NCBI GenBank assembly: GCA_976551045.1
Contig: CDPCPM010000060.1
Location: 22,382,001 to 22,446,000, forward strand
Length of the DNA: 64,000 nt
Source: Glaucostegus cemiculus
Lineage: Eukaryota
Direction: 5' to 3'
Part shown: positions 63,040 through 64,000 of the stretch, in pieces
How the letters are laid out: every line of letters begins with the position of its first letter
Numbering within the stretch: position 1 is the stretch's first letter
Translations under genes and position numbers: made by a program
The notes under the pieces: model-generated
The model's input: only the letters and a program-made list of their open reading frames with translations
Database searches by the model: none
Told to the model about the DNA's origin: nothing

Positions 63040-64000
63040 ACATGCAATGTAAGATACAGAAATGAACAAGATGTAAAGACACCTATATTACACTATTGTT
63101 TATTGACTACAGCTCTGCCTTCAATACAATAATCCCAAGCAAGCTTGTCATCAAACTCTGAGACCTAGGACTCAATATTTCCCTCTGTAAATGGACCTTG
63201 ACTTTCTAACCAACAGACCACAATCAGTGAGGATATGCAGCAATGCCTCCGGCATGATTATTCTCAATGCTGGTACCCCACAAGGCTGCATCCTCAGCCC
63301 TCTACTCTACTCCCTATACACTCATGACTGTGTGGCCAGATTCTGCTCTAACTTCATCTACAAGTTTGCGGATGATACCACTGTTGTAGGCCGTATCTCA
63401 AACAGCCACAGCCAAGAAAGCTCACCAGCACCTCTACTTCCTCAGGAGGCTAAAGAAATTTGGTTTGTCCCCTTTAACACTCACCAACTTTTATCGATGC
63501 ACCATAGAAAGCATCCTATCTGGATGTATCATAGCTTGGTATGGCAACTGCTCTGCCCAGGACCACAAGAAACTTCAGAGAGTTGTGGATACTGCCCAGT
63601 GCATCATGGACACCAGCCTCCCCTCCTTGGACTCTGTGTTTACCTCTTGTTGTCTTGGTGTAGCAGCCAGCATAATCAAAGACCCCACCCACCGGGACAT
63701 TCTCTCTTCTCTCCTCTTTCATTGGGTAGAAGATACAGGAGCCTGAGGGCACGTACCACCAGACTTAAGGACAGCTTCTACCCCACTGTGATAAGACTAT
63801 TGAACAGTTCCCTTATACAATGAGGTGGACTCTGACCTCATGATCTACCTTGTTGCGACCGTGCACCTTATTGCACTGCACTTTCTCTGTAGCTGTGACA
63901 CTGTACTCTGTACTGTTATTGTTTTTACCTGTATTACCTCAATGCACTCTGTACTAACTCAATGTAGCAGCAGTGTGTAGTGAATTGACCTGTACGATAG
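63040..64000 (+). mobile_element. Rex1/Babar-like LINE, internally deleted RT and 3' UTR, running off the window end
   Basis: [85 protein letters not shown]. Confidence 0.9.

Noticed and set aside
18000-64000. FGF3 or other host exons upstream of FGF4
   Set aside because: No FGF3-like peptide was found in the ORF track or by eye. Short exons could have been missed.
1-64000. CRISPR arrays, operons or other prokaryotic systems
   Set aside because: The DNA is vertebrate with spliceosomal introns, and its repeats are dispersed, not regularly spaced.

Overview
This is eukaryotic, AT-rich, repeat-dense vertebrate genomic DNA. The mix of V-SINE-type SINEs, CR1, Rex1/Babar, RTE, Penelope and DeuSINE-like repeats suggests a cartilaginous fish (inference). 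One host gene is well supported: a three-exon FGF4 on the minus strand (17984-17666, 16801-16698, 15269-15093; 199 aa) with TATA and CCAAT boxes, upstream ATGs and probably a long 3' UTR. The other large feature is a young, nearly intact CR1 LINE (43260-47424) nested in an old RTE with a 6-bp target-site duplication. Its 13-nt ORF1/ORF2 overlap holds an in-frame T_TTA_AAC slippery heptamer followed 5 nt later by a G-quadruplex-like tract, a candidate -1 ribosomal frameshift signal. Also notable are many short Penelope-derived, often palindromic elements with minimal hammerhead-ribozyme-like cores, two SINE subfamilies that share a head but carry tails from different LINEs, an unassigned CpG-island promoter near 31.4 kb, and nested inverted repeats at 3.0-4.2 kb. 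Repeat boundaries were read by eye and are approximate. Family names come from remembered motifs, not a database search.
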